Shown here: one piece after another, positions 1-12,127 of the stretch
How positions within the stretch are numbered: the stretch's first letter is position 1
Layout of the letters: every line of letters starts with the position of its first letter
Assembly: GCF_001194135.2 (NCBI RefSeq)
Contig: NC_068981.1
Coordinates: 23,674,819-23,715,300, forward strand
Direction of reading: 5' to 3'
DNA: 40,482 nucleotides
Origin: Octopus bimaculoides
Lineage: Eukaryota
Translations under genes and position numbers: made by a program
Notes under the pieces: generated by a model
The model's database searches: none
What the model saw: the letters and a program-made list of their open reading frames with translations, nothing else
What the model was told of the DNA's origin: nothing

Positions 1-36
<36 letters not shown>

Positions 37-204
37 TATACACGACGGTTTTCTTTCAGTTTCCGTGTACCAAATCCACTTATAAGTCATTGGTCGGATC
101 GCGGCTATAATAAAAGAACTTGCCCAAGTTGCCACGCAGTGAGACTGAAACCTTGTCGGAACCGTGTCATCGGTAAGCAAGCTTATTATCACACAGCCAC
201 ACCT
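1..204 (-). mobile_element. SINE family A (tRNA head + CORE-like domain), 5' half, with its internal (TA)n tract at 1-40
   Basis: Reverse complement of 42-204 matches the head and body of the 8021 copy (aggtgtggctgtgtg...tgcgtggcaacttgggcaagt...gtggatttggtacacggaaactgaaagaaaaccgtcg), followed by TA repeats. Confidence 0.85.
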
Positions 205-223
205 ATACATAAATAGTTATAGA

Positions 224-255
<32 letters not shown>

Positions 256-1010
256 GAATATGATGCATATGTATACATATATATATTACATACTGATGCA
301 GTTATATATATTATGCTTTTGCAAATATAACCTGTCAATAAATTCAAGTGGAATATCAAATTTATTTTCACAAAAAAAAAAAAAAAAAANNNNNNNNNNN
401 NNNNNNNNNNNNNNNNNNNNNNNNNNNNNNNNNNNNNNNNNNNNNNNNNNNNNNNNNNNNNNNNNNNNNNNNNNNNNNNNNNNNNNNNNNNNNNNNNNNN
501 NNNNNNNNNNNNNNNNNNNNNNNNNNNNNNNNNNNNNNNNNNNNNNNNNNNNNNNNNNNNNNNNNNNNNNNNNNNNNNNNNNNNNNNNNNNNNNNNNNNN
601 NNNNNNNNNNNNNNNNNNNNNNNNNNNNNNNNNNNNNNNNNNNNNNNNNNNNNNNNNNNNNNNNNNNNNNNNNNNNNNNNNNNNNNNNNNNNNNNNNNNN
701 NNNNNNNNNNNNNNNNNNNNNNNNNNNNNNNNNNNNNNNNNNNNNNNNNNNNNNNNNNNNNNNNNNNNNNNNNNNNNNNNNNNNNNNNNNNNNNNNNNNN
801 NNNNNNNNNNNNNNNNNNNNNNNNNNNNNNNNNNNNNNNNNNNNNNNNNNNNNNNNNNNNNNNNNNNNNNNNNNNNNNNNNNNNNNNNNNNNNNNNNNNN
901 NNNNNNNNNNNNNNNNNNNNNNNNNNNNNNNNNNNNNNNNNNNNNNNNNNNNNNNNNNNNNNNNNNNNNNNNNNNNNNNNNNNNNNNNNNNNNNNNNNNN
1001 NNNNNNNNNN

Positions 1011-1043
<33 letters not shown>

Positions 1044-1420
1044 GATGTGGACAGAAGCTGGTGTTAGTCGATGATATATGACGATTGTGTAGAAAGCTAT
1101 AACATTTATTTTTTATAGTACGTCGTTTGTTATGTATGTACATGTACATCGAAAATTTGTGAGTAGGTGTCGGTATATACTTGAACAAACTATCTTTTAT
1201 ATTCTCCACGACAGAGTTGTAACAAAGCTATATAATAGTATATATCTGTATGTGTGTGCGCGTGCACGTATGAGTGTGTGTGTGTATGTGTGTGTGTGTG
1301 TATACGTATAGGTAGATAGGTAGATGGATAGATATATAATATGCATATATGTATAGATATGAATACAAATATAGATGTAGATATGTATATATGTATATAT
1401 ACAGATACAGATATAGATAT

Positions 1421-1460
<40 letters not shown>

Positions 1461-2084
1461 GGGGGGGGCGAGAGCGTGCATACACATACGCACATAGACG
1501 TGTGTATCTACATACATGTTCGTGTATTTCTGTATTGTTATCACTTGATTAGAACAATGGTAAGGGTGAGAGAGAGAGGGAAAGAAAAAAAAGGAAGAAA
1601 TGGGGGTTTTTTCCGTCTCAATATGGGTAATGCTTATTGATTCTTACTCCAATCAACAGAACTAAACTATTGGCTTGGATCCAAACATGTCCAATCGACT
1701 AAAAAAAAAAAAAAAAAAAAAAANNNNNNNNNNAAAAAAAAAAAAAAGAAAAAAAAAACGAAAAACGAACACAATAACAAAAGCCGAAAACAAACGAGAT
1801 CAATGCGTTATCTAAGGCTGTATAGATATTTTGTCAATATCTATAACAGCCATCTTCCCGCGCTATAAAATTCCATAGCCATTAATAAATACGACCAGTT
1901 GTCGACATGTCTCTAAAATATTTGCCTAATATCATCAGCAACAACAACAGCAACAACAACAGTGACGACAATAGCAAGAACAAGAACATCATTAATAATC
2001 TCGATGCCAGTAACAATACTAAATATGTCTTATGTGTGACACAATGTCTGCTGGGAGCAGTAAAGAAGTAACTGTCTATTTCCA

Positions 2085-2340
2085 AAAGAGATTGCTTCGA
2101 ATTCCTATTATAGAAAAAAGAAGCAGCGACTTATGCAAAATAACACGATGAATAGCGTAACAGGAAACCTGGAAAGCAGTAGTTATAGGCAGGCTCTAAC
2201 AATTCCAAGAAAGAAGATTAATTCAAATACCTGTTATTGAAAATACAAAAGTCGACTTATGTAAAGTGCAAGATGAATAGCTTAACGGGAGAAAGTAGAA
2301 AAGTGTCGCTATATGCAGGATGTATCTATTGCAAGAAGTT
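2085..2340. repeat. Imperfect tandem duplication, 126-bp period
   Basis: gacttatgcaaaataacacgatgaatagcgtaacagg (from 2128) vs gacttatgtaaagtgcaagatgaatagcttaacggg (from 2254); similarity extends over the whole unit. Confidence 0.75.
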
Positions 2341-2664
2341 GTTTGATGCTCTCCAAAACAACCCATGAACTAATCAAGTGTAATTTGGTTTCCTTTGATC
2401 TTTGATCTTTGATCAACTGATCTTCCAACCTACGTTTAAGTATATAAGGCAGAATTTCAACGATGTTGGATAGAATATTTTAACAAACTTCTGAATACTT
2501 CTGTTGTATAGTGAAGTTTTAATACAATAAACTTGATTCCTGTAAAGAAACCAAAGAGGTTTATAGATTCGATTTCTTCGTAACACGCACAGAATGTTGA
2601 TGTGTGTAAGTGTGTGCGTTTGTGAGTTTGTGTATGTGTGTGCTTGTGTGTGTCGTTGCGTTTA

Positions 2665-2815
2665 TCATAATATCGCGTGATAAGCGTAACTTAGCAGTAC
2701 GTCTAAAGAGACTGATGCATTAAATCCCAGACTTAAGTACTGAAATCGATTTGCTCGACTAAATCATTCTAGGCGGTGTCCCAGCATGGCTGCATTCCAA
2801 GTACGGAAACAAGTA
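2665..2815 (+). mobile_element. SINE family A, diverged 3' fragment
   Basis: Blocks cgtaacttagc, gatttgctcgactaaa, ggcggtgtcccagcatggc and gaaacaagtaa match the 3' half of the 8021 copy. Confidence 0.7.
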
Positions 2816-3084
2816 ATTGCCATAAGAAAAGATATGCATGCATTTATATATAACATGTGAGAAAAGAGAAAGAAAATGAAATGAAAACGCGAGATTCTTC
2901 ATTAAACACTACGATCGTTTCGACCCATCCCGCATTGATCTACCGCGTGTGAGACGCTGTAGAAATAGTTGTGGTGCATCATTTGTTGCAGATATGATTC
3001 GTCAGATGACTTGTCAAAAGGTACCTGCGTGGAAGAAGAATTGAGGAAGCGGGTAGAATAACAGTTCCGAGTTAATGTGTTTAT

Positions 3085-3165
3085 AGGACTTAGCTTTTCA
3101 TCTTTTCGGGGTCGATAAAATAGGTAGCACTGAAGCACTGGGGTCAATATAACCAACTTACTCCT
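3085..3165 (+). mobile_element. SINE family B, internal fragment
   Basis: ttttcatcttttcggggtcgataaaataggtagcactgaagcactggggtcaat matches the central block of the 28511 copy. Confidence 0.7.
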
Positions 3166-3232
3166 TCCCCAGAAATTACTGGCGTTGTGCTAAAATTTGA
3201 AATCAATAATAATGGCATAAGTTGAGAAGGGT

Positions 3233-3395
3233 GTGCTTGTGTATATGCGTGTGTGTATGTATGCGTGTGTGTATGTCTGTGTGTATGAGAGAGAGAGAGG
3301 GAGGGAGGGAGAGAGAGAGAGGGGGAGACAGAGAGAGAGGGGGAGAGAGAGAGAGAGGGGGAGAGAGAGAGAGGGGAGAGAAAGTGTGATGAGAG
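3233..3395. repeat. Compound (GT)n/(GA)n microsatellite
   Basis: Read directly. Confidence 0.95.
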
Positions 3396-3765
3396 AAAAA
3401 GAAGGCAGAACGGTGTTAAGAAAACGAGAAGAGAAGAATCAGCGAGGTAGAGGTAGAATTGTTGGATTGAATGTGGAAAGTTTCGAAGTTTCTAATTGCG
3501 GAGACAGATAAGGCGGACATTGAGACAAAGAGATGAGCAGAAGAAAAAGAAAGAGAGGAGGTAGATAAATGGGAAGAGAGAAGGAGAGAGCTACACAAAA
3601 AAAAGGAGGAGACATCGGCATGCAGTGGTAATGATTATAAGAGATTCGTGTAAATATGCGTTTGAACGATGGGAGTAGAAAAAGATTGAGAGTTTGAGAG
3701 AAGAGAAAGACATGGCTTGTGATTAAAGAGATGAGTTGTAAGGAAAGGGATGAGCAAGATGAGTG

Positions 3766-3816
<51 letters not shown>

Positions 3817-4699
3817 TATACACACATNNNNNNNNNNNNNNNNNNNNNNNNNNNNNNNNNNNNNNNNNNNNNNNNNNNNNNNNNNNNNNNNNNNNNNNNN
3901 NNNNNNNNNNNNNNNNNNNNNNNNNNNNNNNNNNNNNNNNNNNNNNNNNNNNNNNNNNNNNNNNNNNNNNNNNNNNNNNNNNNNNNNNNNNNNNNNNNNN
4001 NNNNNNNNNNNNNNNNNNNNNNNNNNNNNNNNNNNNNNNNNNNNNNNNNNNNNNNNNNNNNNNNNNNNNNNNNNNNNNNNNNNNNNNNNNNNNNNNATAT
4101 ATATATATATATATACATATATATATGTGGACAACTGACGAAGGGTTATACTCTTTATGTTGCATGTCTCGTCTCTCTGTTTGTTTTTTTTTCGTTGTTC
4201 GAAAAAAGTTCGTTTTCTGTCTTCGTTTCTCATTGTGTTTAACGTTTTCTTTTTGTGATGTCCTGTACCCATATATGCATGTAAGTATACATATAGATGT
4301 AGGTATGTACATATATGTATAGATATATGCATATGTCTATATACTATTTATATTATATACATATATGTACATATATACACATACACACATACCTGTACAA
4401 GGTTGGTGAAAAGTCACTCGACAGTAAATCAAAATTCCGTACACACTATTTTGATTCTATCTTGACTTGAATGGAGAAATGTGTCGCTCAAGAACGACTT
4501 CAGTTTGAACTATTTTCATGACGCTCCATATTCAGATGGTATTATTAAATTCATTCAGTTGTTAACATAAATAAATCTTGGAATTAAATGATTTCGATTT
4601 ACTCTCTGGTGACTTTTGGCCAACCCTGCATATATATATATATATATATATATGCACATATGTATTTGTACGCACACACACACACACATACATAAGTAT

Positions 4700-4909
4700 T
4701 GCGTGACACCTGTCGCAAATGTCTTCTGCTATAGCCTCGGGCCGACCAAAACTTTGCGAGTGAATTCAGTAGACGGAAACTAACAGAAGCCCGTCAAGTA
4801 TATAAATATTTATGCGTGCGTGTCTTTGTGTCTGTGTTTGTCCCCTCACCATCGCTTGACAATCCGAAACTTAGCGGTTCGGCAAAAAACCCTGATAGAA
4901 TAAGTACTA
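4700..4909 (+). mobile_element. SINE family A, 5'-truncated with an internal deletion, running into a gap
   Basis: gtcttctgctatagcctcgggccgaccaaa...acggaaact...gaagcccgtc...gtgtttgtcccc...acttagcggttcggcaaaa matches the 8021 copy. Confidence 0.85.
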
Positions 4910-5399
4910 NNNNNNNNNNNNNNNNNNNNNNNNNNNNNNNNNNNNNNNNNNNNNNNNNNNNNNNNNNNNNNNNNNNNNNNNNNNNNNNNNNNNNNNNNNN
5001 NNNNNNNNNNNNNNNNNNNNNNNNNNNNNNNNNNNNNNNNNNNNNNNNNNNNNNNNNNNNNNNNNNNNNNNNNNNNNNNNNNNNNNNNNNNNNNNNNNNN
5101 NNNNNNNNNNNNNNNNNNNNNNNNNNNNNNNNNNNNNNNNNNNNNNNNNNNNNNNNNNNNNNNNNNNNNNNNNNNNNNNNNNNNNNNNNNNNNNNNNNNN
5201 NNNNNNNNNNNNNNNNNNNNNNNNNNNNNNNNNNNNNNNNNNNNNNNNNNNNNNNNNNNNNNNNNNNNNNNNNNNNNNNNNNNNNNNNNNNNNNNNNNNN
5301 NNNNNNNNNNNNNNNNNNNNNNNNNNNNNNNNNNNNNNNNNNNNNNNNNNNNNNNNNNNNNNNNNNNNNNNNNNNNNNNNNNNNNNNNNNNTATATATT

Positions 5400-5600
5400 C
5401 ATGTGTTTGTGTGTGCATTTGTACTTGTGTTTGTCACCACTTTACAACATCGCTTGACAATCAGTGTTGGTTTGTTTACTACCCCGTAACTTAGCGGTTC
5501 AACACAAGAGACCAATAGATTGCGTACCAGGACTAGGATCGATTGTTTGGACTAAGACCCATCAATGTGATGCCTCAGCATGACTGAATAAAGTGAAAAA
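5400..5600 (+). mobile_element. SINE family A, diverged 3' half
   Basis: caacatcgcttgacaa...ccccgtaacttagcggttc...gagaccaataga...cagcatgactgaa. Confidence 0.75.
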
Positions 5601-5693
5601 TAATCGTTAATTTTCGGACGAGGAGACAATAGCCATAGCTTTTGCTGGCTTTCCAGGTAGATTAGTGATATCAGCAATGTAGTTATGATTAGT

Positions 5694-5870
5694 AAGGCGG
5701 CAAGCTAGCAGAATCGTTACCACGCCGGGAAAATACTTAAAGGCATTTCGTCCGTCTTCACGTTCTGAGTTCAAATTCCGCCGAGGTCGACTTTGCCTCG
5801 TATCTTTTCGGAGCAGATAAAATATGTATCAATTGAGCACTGAGGTCGATGTAATCGGCTAGCCTCCGAA
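5694..5870 (+). mobile_element. SINE family B (tRNA head), diverged copy
   Basis: ggcggcaagctagcagaatcgtta.cacgccggg...cgttctgagttcaaattccgccgaggtcgactttgcc; B-box-like gagttcaaattcc. Confidence 0.85.
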
Positions 5871-6124
5871 CTTTGAAGCTAATGTGCTTCTGATTAGCTT
5901 GAACGTCTGAAGATCGTTGCTGACCGGAAAACAAAAGCGAAATTAAAAGAAGAGTAATCGGAGAAAAAGAAATGCGTAAGCAAAATAAGGTATGTTGGGG
6001 TGGAGGACAAAGAAGAAACAAGGGAACAGAAACAAAATAGAGGCAGAAAATAAGGAAGGAAGGATAAGTTTTGCGGCAAAGAACACGTTTAAGGAAGAGA
6101 GGGGAAAAGAAAAGAAACAAGAAA

Positions 6125-6627
6125 AATGCTGTAGCAGTAGCAGTTATCGTGGTGGTTGTGCAGTAGTAGTAGTGGTGGTTGTGTTGTAGAAGTATAGTCG
6201 TGGTGGTGGTAGTAGTGGTGGTGGTAGTGGTGGTGATAGTAGGTGTCGCAGTAGTGTAACTCTTCATTAATCTATTCTCCCACCTTTCCCCCTCAGCCTT
6301 TGGTTTCCCCATCGAGAAACCGCAGTAGTGTGCGGATAGTGATGGTAGCGGTGGCAGTGGCCGTGGTAGTTTTAATAGTAATAGTAGTCGTCCTCGCAGT
6401 AATAGTTGTTGTGGTGGTCGGGCAGTAGTAGTAGTAGTAGTTGTTGTTGTTGTTGTGGTGGTTGGGGCAGTAGTAGTAGTAGTAGTAGTATTAGTTGTTG
6501 TTGTTGTTGTGGTGGTGGTGGTAGTGGTCGGGGAAGTAGTAGTAGTAGCTGTTGTGGTTGTCGGGGTAGTAGTAGCAGCAGCAGCACCACCACCACCACC
6601 ACCAGCAGTAGTAAGTATTAGCAGTAA

Positions 6628-6700
<73 letters not shown>
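6125..6700. repeat. Complex trinucleotide low-complexity tract (GTA/GTG/GTT/CAG/CAC)
   Basis: Read directly. It produces the poly-T/L/V/S pseudo-ORFs at 5758-6724. Confidence 0.95.
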
Positions 6701-6701
<1 letters not shown>

Positions 6702-7020
6702 ATGTAGCACACAAACAAAAATAAACAACAACAACAACGACAATGAGAAGGGTTAGTTCGCTTTGTGCTTCTGGGGGAGGTCCCTAGTCTTCGCTAAACT
6801 TTTATCATTTGCAAGATTCTTATTCCAGTTAGTGTGTACAGTAAGTACGGTTTGAAGTAGCTCTTGAGTACTCTCTTCGGTATTTTAATGTGAGTTCTTG
6901 CAAAAGATTTAAACTCCTTTAGGTAGATACCCAAAGGTCAAACGATGCTGCTTAATACCTCAGAGGGTTTTAAAATTCCCTGCCAACCATGGTTCAAGAT
7001 TTAGGAAATATGTTTTACTC

Positions 7021-7024
7021 TTTC

Positions 7025-7067
<43 letters not shown>

Positions 7068-7133
7068 TCCTTCCTTTCTTTTTTTCTTTCTTCCTTCCTT
7101 CCTTCCTTTCTTTCTTTCTTTCTTTCTTTCTTT
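7021..7133. repeat. (TTTC/TTCC)n microsatellite
   Basis: Read directly. Confidence 0.95.
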
Positions 7134-8020
7134 TTCTCCACTTTCCCTCTCTCGTATGTGTGTATGTTCTTTGTGTGCAAGTTAAGAAAGATNNNNNNNN
7201 NNNNNNNNNNNNNNNNNNNNNNNNNNNNNNNNNNNNNNNNNNNNNNNNNNNNNNNNNNNNNNNNNNNNNNNNNNNNNNNNNNNNNNNNNNNNNNNNNNNN
7301 NNNNNNNNNNNNNNNNNNNNNNNNNNNNNNNNNNNNNNNNNNNNNNNNNNNNNNNNNNNNNNNNNNNNNNNNNNNNNNNNNNNNNNNNNNNNNNNNNNNN
7401 NNNNNNNNNNNNNNNNNNNNNNNNNNNNNNNNNNNNNNNNNNNNNNNNNNNNNNNNNNNNNNNNNNNNNNNNNNNNNNNNNNNNNNNNNNNNNNNNNNNN
7501 NNNNNNNNNNNNNNNNNNNNNNNNNNNNNNNNNNNNNNNNNNNNNNNNNNNNNNNNNNNNNNNNNNNNNNNNNNNNNNNNNNNNNNNNNNNNNNNNNNNN
7601 NNNNNNNNNNNNNNNNNNNNNNNNNNNNNNNNNNNNNNNNNNNNNNNNNNNNNNNNNNNNNNNNNNNNNNNNNNNNNNNNNNNNNNNNNNNNNNNNNNNN
7701 NNNNNNNNNNNNNNNNNNNNNNNNNNNNNNNNNNNNNNNNNNNNNNNNNNNNNNNNNNNNNNNNNNNNNNNNNNNNNNNNNNNNNNNNNNNNNNNNNNNN
7801 NNNNNNNNNNNNNNNNNNNNNNNNNNNNNNNNNNNNNNNNNNNNNNNNNNNNNNNNNNNNNNNNNNNNNNNNNNNNNNNNNNNNNNNNNNNNNNNNNNNN
7901 NNNNNNNNNNNNNNNNNNNNNNNNNNNNNNNNNNNNNNNNNNNNNNNNNNNNNNNNNNNNNNNNNNNNNNNNNNNNNNNNNNNNNNNNNNNNNNNNNNNN
8001 NNNNNNNNNNNNNNNNNNGT

Positions 8021-8410
8021 AGGAGTGGCTGTGTGGTAAGTAGCTTGCTTACCAACAACATGGTCCCGGGTTCAGTCCCACTGCGTGGCACCTTGGTCAA
8101 GTGTCTTCTACTATAGCCTCGGGCCGACCAAAGCCTTGTGAGTGGATTTGGTGGAGGGAAACTGAAAGAAGCCCGTCGTATATATGTATATATATGTGTG
8201 TGTCTGTGTTTGTCCCCCCAACATCGCTTTACAACCGATGCTGGTGTGTTTATGTCCCCGTAACTTAGCGGTTCGGCAAAAGAGAACGACAGAATAAGTA
8301 CTAGGCTTCCAAAGAATAAGTCCTGGGGTCGATTTGCTCGACTAAAGGCGGTGCTCCAGCATGGCCACAGTCAAAAGACTGAAACAAGCAAAGAGTAAAG
8401 AGTAAGAGTA
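8021..8410 (+). mobile_element. SINE family A, apparently full length (tRNA head, CORE-like block, internal TA/TG tract, 3' module, aagagt-type tail)
   Basis: A-box-like tggctgtgtgg, B-box-like gggttcagtccc, CORE-like gcaccttggtcaagtgtctt, and a repetitive tail (aaagagtaaagagtaagagta). At least 8 related copies lie in the window. Confidence 0.9.
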
Positions 8411-8470
8411 TATATATATATATGGAAAAAAGACAAAGTAGAAAATATTAAAATACTTTTATAAAGAACA

Positions 8471-8514
8471 TTACAGAACCGGTTTCGATTCCTTGAGATC
8501 TTTTCAGCAGTAAA
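8471..8514 (-). ncRNA. Minimal type I hammerhead-ribozyme-like motif with a mutated core
   Basis: Minus strand: ttactg-CTGAAAA-gatctcaaggaatc-GAAA-ccgg-TT-ctgtaa. Stem I ttactg/ctgtaa (1 mismatch), stem II gat/atc, palindromic stem III ACCGGT. Core differs from CUGANGA at G8. Confidence 0.6.
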
Positions 8515-10059
8515 TATGAATAATAGATTTTTGAAAAATTATTGAAAAATTAAATTTTGGTAAATTTAAAAGGAAAGTCATTTTAAAGACATATTTGTAT
8601 AGTATTCAAGTAACAGCGGCATTTTTCTTGTTTCTGCATGTCTCTGTTTCACTTGTTAACTCTTGTAGGTTCGAAAATGGAGTGCTATGATAGTAGCAGT
8701 GTTAATTGTTTGGGTGTCCTGACATTGACCTGTTGATGGACATAGTGATCTGTATTGTTTATAATGTTTGCGTGGGTGTTATTCTAGACAGCAGTAGTAG
8801 TAGTACTAAGTAAGGGAGGAGGTGGTGGAAAGGGAGAAGAAGATGACGGAGAAGAGAACTTTCTCTTAGTCTGTGGTTGAAGAAATTTCACCTCACTATG
8901 AAGGACTGCTCGGGCAGAAAAACCAAAATGCCTCATCATTATAAACTACATCACTGCAACCATCCTAACCCCAAAGTTACTGATATAGGTAGCAGTTATG
9001 GAATGAAGGTCGATTAGATCGACCTACCACTTTCTTGGAAATGTTCCCTTCGCTTGCTAAAGTTTAGAATCAATATAAATGAAAAGTAATTAAAGAGGGA
9101 TTAGGAGATTAAAAAAGAAAACAAAACTAAAAAAAAAGATAGTAGAACAAGAAATTATCTGCAAAACTTATAATACAACCTTCGTGCCAACTCAACTGTC
9201 CTATATAAACGTGGTGGTAAACAGCTGTTTATAGTTATATGTACACTTAATTGCAATACATCGTTCAATTCAAAGTCGTGCATATTAATAAAGTATCTAA
9301 GTTGCTATGAGGTTTTTGAAAAAGTTTTTATTAGCTTTTACTATGATTTACGGTACATTTAAAATTAATTTCGCTTATTTTAAAATAATATTCTTTCGTC
9401 TGGGCCGTGATCGTTTTAATTAATTGCTTGTTAAAGATTTCTAAACTATTGCATATTGAAAACTGTTGAATACATGACTGGTGGATATAACTGACCTTTT
9501 AATATGTAAGAATTTTCATTAGCAGCACATAAGTGCTTTTGGTATCGCATGTCTTTCGTACTGTTGCAAGAAAATAGAAACAATTTTCTTTATAAATTGT
9601 ATTTTAAATAGGAAGATATGATATAGTAATTTTGATGGAATGATAAATAACTGAACTGCGAGCCAAACATTATATTGCAATAGGTAGACTACTTGAATTT
9701 CGCTGTTAATGATGTGTTGCGAAATTATAATAGTGCTACGACGGTTGTGGTGTATTCCTAGATTCCCTGTCTCCTGGTGTATCATGAAAGATACGCCCAC
9801 AGAACTACAACAGCTTTCTAATAAACATAAATGTATACTACTAAATGTATTTCTAATATTAATAAAAAAGACCGCGCCTTTGTAACAGAAGGGTAAAAGT
9901 TGATTGAATCAATTCATTACATAACTGGCTCTAAGTTTACTTAGTGCAACGTTGCTACAGCAAAAACAATTAATCGAAGGCATTTAAACTCAGAAAGTAG
10001 AGGCACACAACTAAATACTACCAGGTATTTAATCCCTTGTTCTACTTACCATTTAGTGT

Positions 10060-10246
10060 TTTCTCTTTTGTCCATTTTACTTGTTTCAGTCCCTCAATTA
10101 CGACCATACTGCAGCACCACCTTGAAGGATTTTAGGTAAATAATCCGATTCCAGTACTTATTAAATCAAGTTCTTAATCTGTCTGTGTCTTTTGCCGAAC
10201 CGCTAGGTGACGAGGACGTAATTTAAAGACGGACCAACACATATTT

Positions 10247-10305
<59 letters not shown>

Positions 10306-10465
10306 ACGGGCTTCCAAACATTTTCCGTCTATCAAATTCACTCACACGGCAATGATCTATTTGGTGTTATAGTAGAAGACACTTGCGTATGGTGCTGGGT
10401 TGTAGGACTGAACCCGAAACCACGTGGTTGCAAAGCCAACTCATTAACTATATAGCCTTGCTTGC
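10060..10465 (-). mobile_element. SINE family A, diverged near-full-length copy with an expanded internal (TA)n
   Basis: ttgtttcagtc...gcagcaccacc...ttttgccgaaccgctag...(TA)n...gacgggcttc...tttccgtctatcaaattcactcac...tagtagaagacacttgc...gactgaacccgaaaccacgtggttg. Confidence 0.85.
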
Positions 10466-11744
10466 GTTTTCATTAAGTCATCTTTATATTAATCTAGGAA
10501 TCCAGTAATCTAGTGGCTATGTTCTATAATATGTGTTATGAGAGAATGAAAAGGAGAAAGAGAGGAGCAAAAAGAGGAAGAGAGTAATAGTGATAGAGTG
10601 AGAGGGGGAGGGAGAGAAAAGGAGAGGGAGAGAAGGAGAGGGAGAGAAGGAGAGAAAGAGAAACAGAGGGAGAGAGAGGGTGGAAGAGCGCAAAGGTATA
10701 TAGTTATATATTTGTACTTTCGCCCGATTATTTTCACATATAAGGAGATATTAACAGATTTTCGGACAATTATTGTGACATATAAGCAAATGGCTGATCG
10801 CTTTTGAACTTTTGCCAGCCTTTGTCGCATCGAACATATTCAACGACTAAATCATAAAGTATCGATACCTGTATCCAGTTTGTTTGCTTGAAAGTCCAGT
10901 CTAGTATATTAGGAATTACAGAAGTTAGCGAGTTAAATATTCTTTTGTTATCAAGGAAAATAAACTTTTCGTTTTTGTGTTTGGTTTTGCTAGATTCTTG
11001 CTCAGAACTCGTGTGTTGAAGCAGATTTTTTTTTTTTATCACGTTAGAGCTATTAGGCCAATAATAAACGCACTGGTTTTATTTCAATTCTTTTATTAGT
11101 TAATTCGTTAACATTTAACTAATTAACTTAATTGCTTGATTAATCTTTTGGCCGATCAATCGGTCAACTGTGTTTGTCAAAGTCTTTTTATCACCATTCG
11201 CGATCTCAGTAATGACATACCCTCTCTACTTCATATGTGCTTCCATTATGTGCACAGACTGGAGCTGATGCAGTTTTTTATTTTTTTTTTTTTTTACAAA
11301 AAATGTGGCTTTCGGGTGATTATTTTAAACTTGAGATGGCAGAACAATGTTTTTCAGCGTCTTGCTAGCTTGTCAGACATTTAAAATATTTTTGCTTTTG
11401 TATTTGGTTTACAAGATTCTTGGCTTGAAAATTTCATCTTTTTTTTTTTTTAATTACTTCTTGGGATGTGAAAGATGCAGCGAATTCAACATTTACATTA
11501 AAAAATAANNNNNNNNNNNNNNNNNNNNNNNNNNNNNNNNNNNNNNNNNNNNNNNNNNNNNNNNNNNNNNNNNNNNNNNNNNNNNNNNNNNNNNNNNNNN
11601 NNNNNNNNNNNNNNNNNNNNNNNNNNNNNNNNNNNNNNNNNNNNNNNNNNNNNNNNNNNNNNNNNNNNNNNNNNNNNNNNNNNNNNNNNNNNNNNNNNNN
11701 NNNNNNNNNNNNNNNNNNNNNNNNNNNNNNNNNNNNNNNNNNNN

Positions 11745-11785
<41 letters not shown>

Positions 11786-12073
11786 CATACGTGTTCAAGT
11801 AGACGGCAACACAATTTCCTTTACATAAATGCGATTATAATAATTGGCATCACAACGTTATATATTCAAACTGAAAGTTCACGAAACCGAAAATCTTAAA
11901 ATTGAATTAATCAAAATTGTCACTTTTGTATCCAGTTACATTACATTACATGCATATACACATGCATATACATACATACATACATACATACATGCATACA
12001 TAGATGCATATATACATGATACAGACAGACAAACAGGCAGACACACATATATCATACATACATACGTACATAC

Positions 12074-12127
<54 letters not shown>

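Noticed and set aside
5758-6724. Mucin-like poly-Thr/Leu/Val ORFs
   Set aside because: They are translations of a trinucleotide low-complexity tract plus an antisense SINE; there is no domain or splice support.
9519-11384. Repeat-free ORFs 9519-9800, 10770-11042 and 11136-11384
   Set aside because: I recognise no motif and find no convincing paired splice sites; the lengths are within chance expectation.
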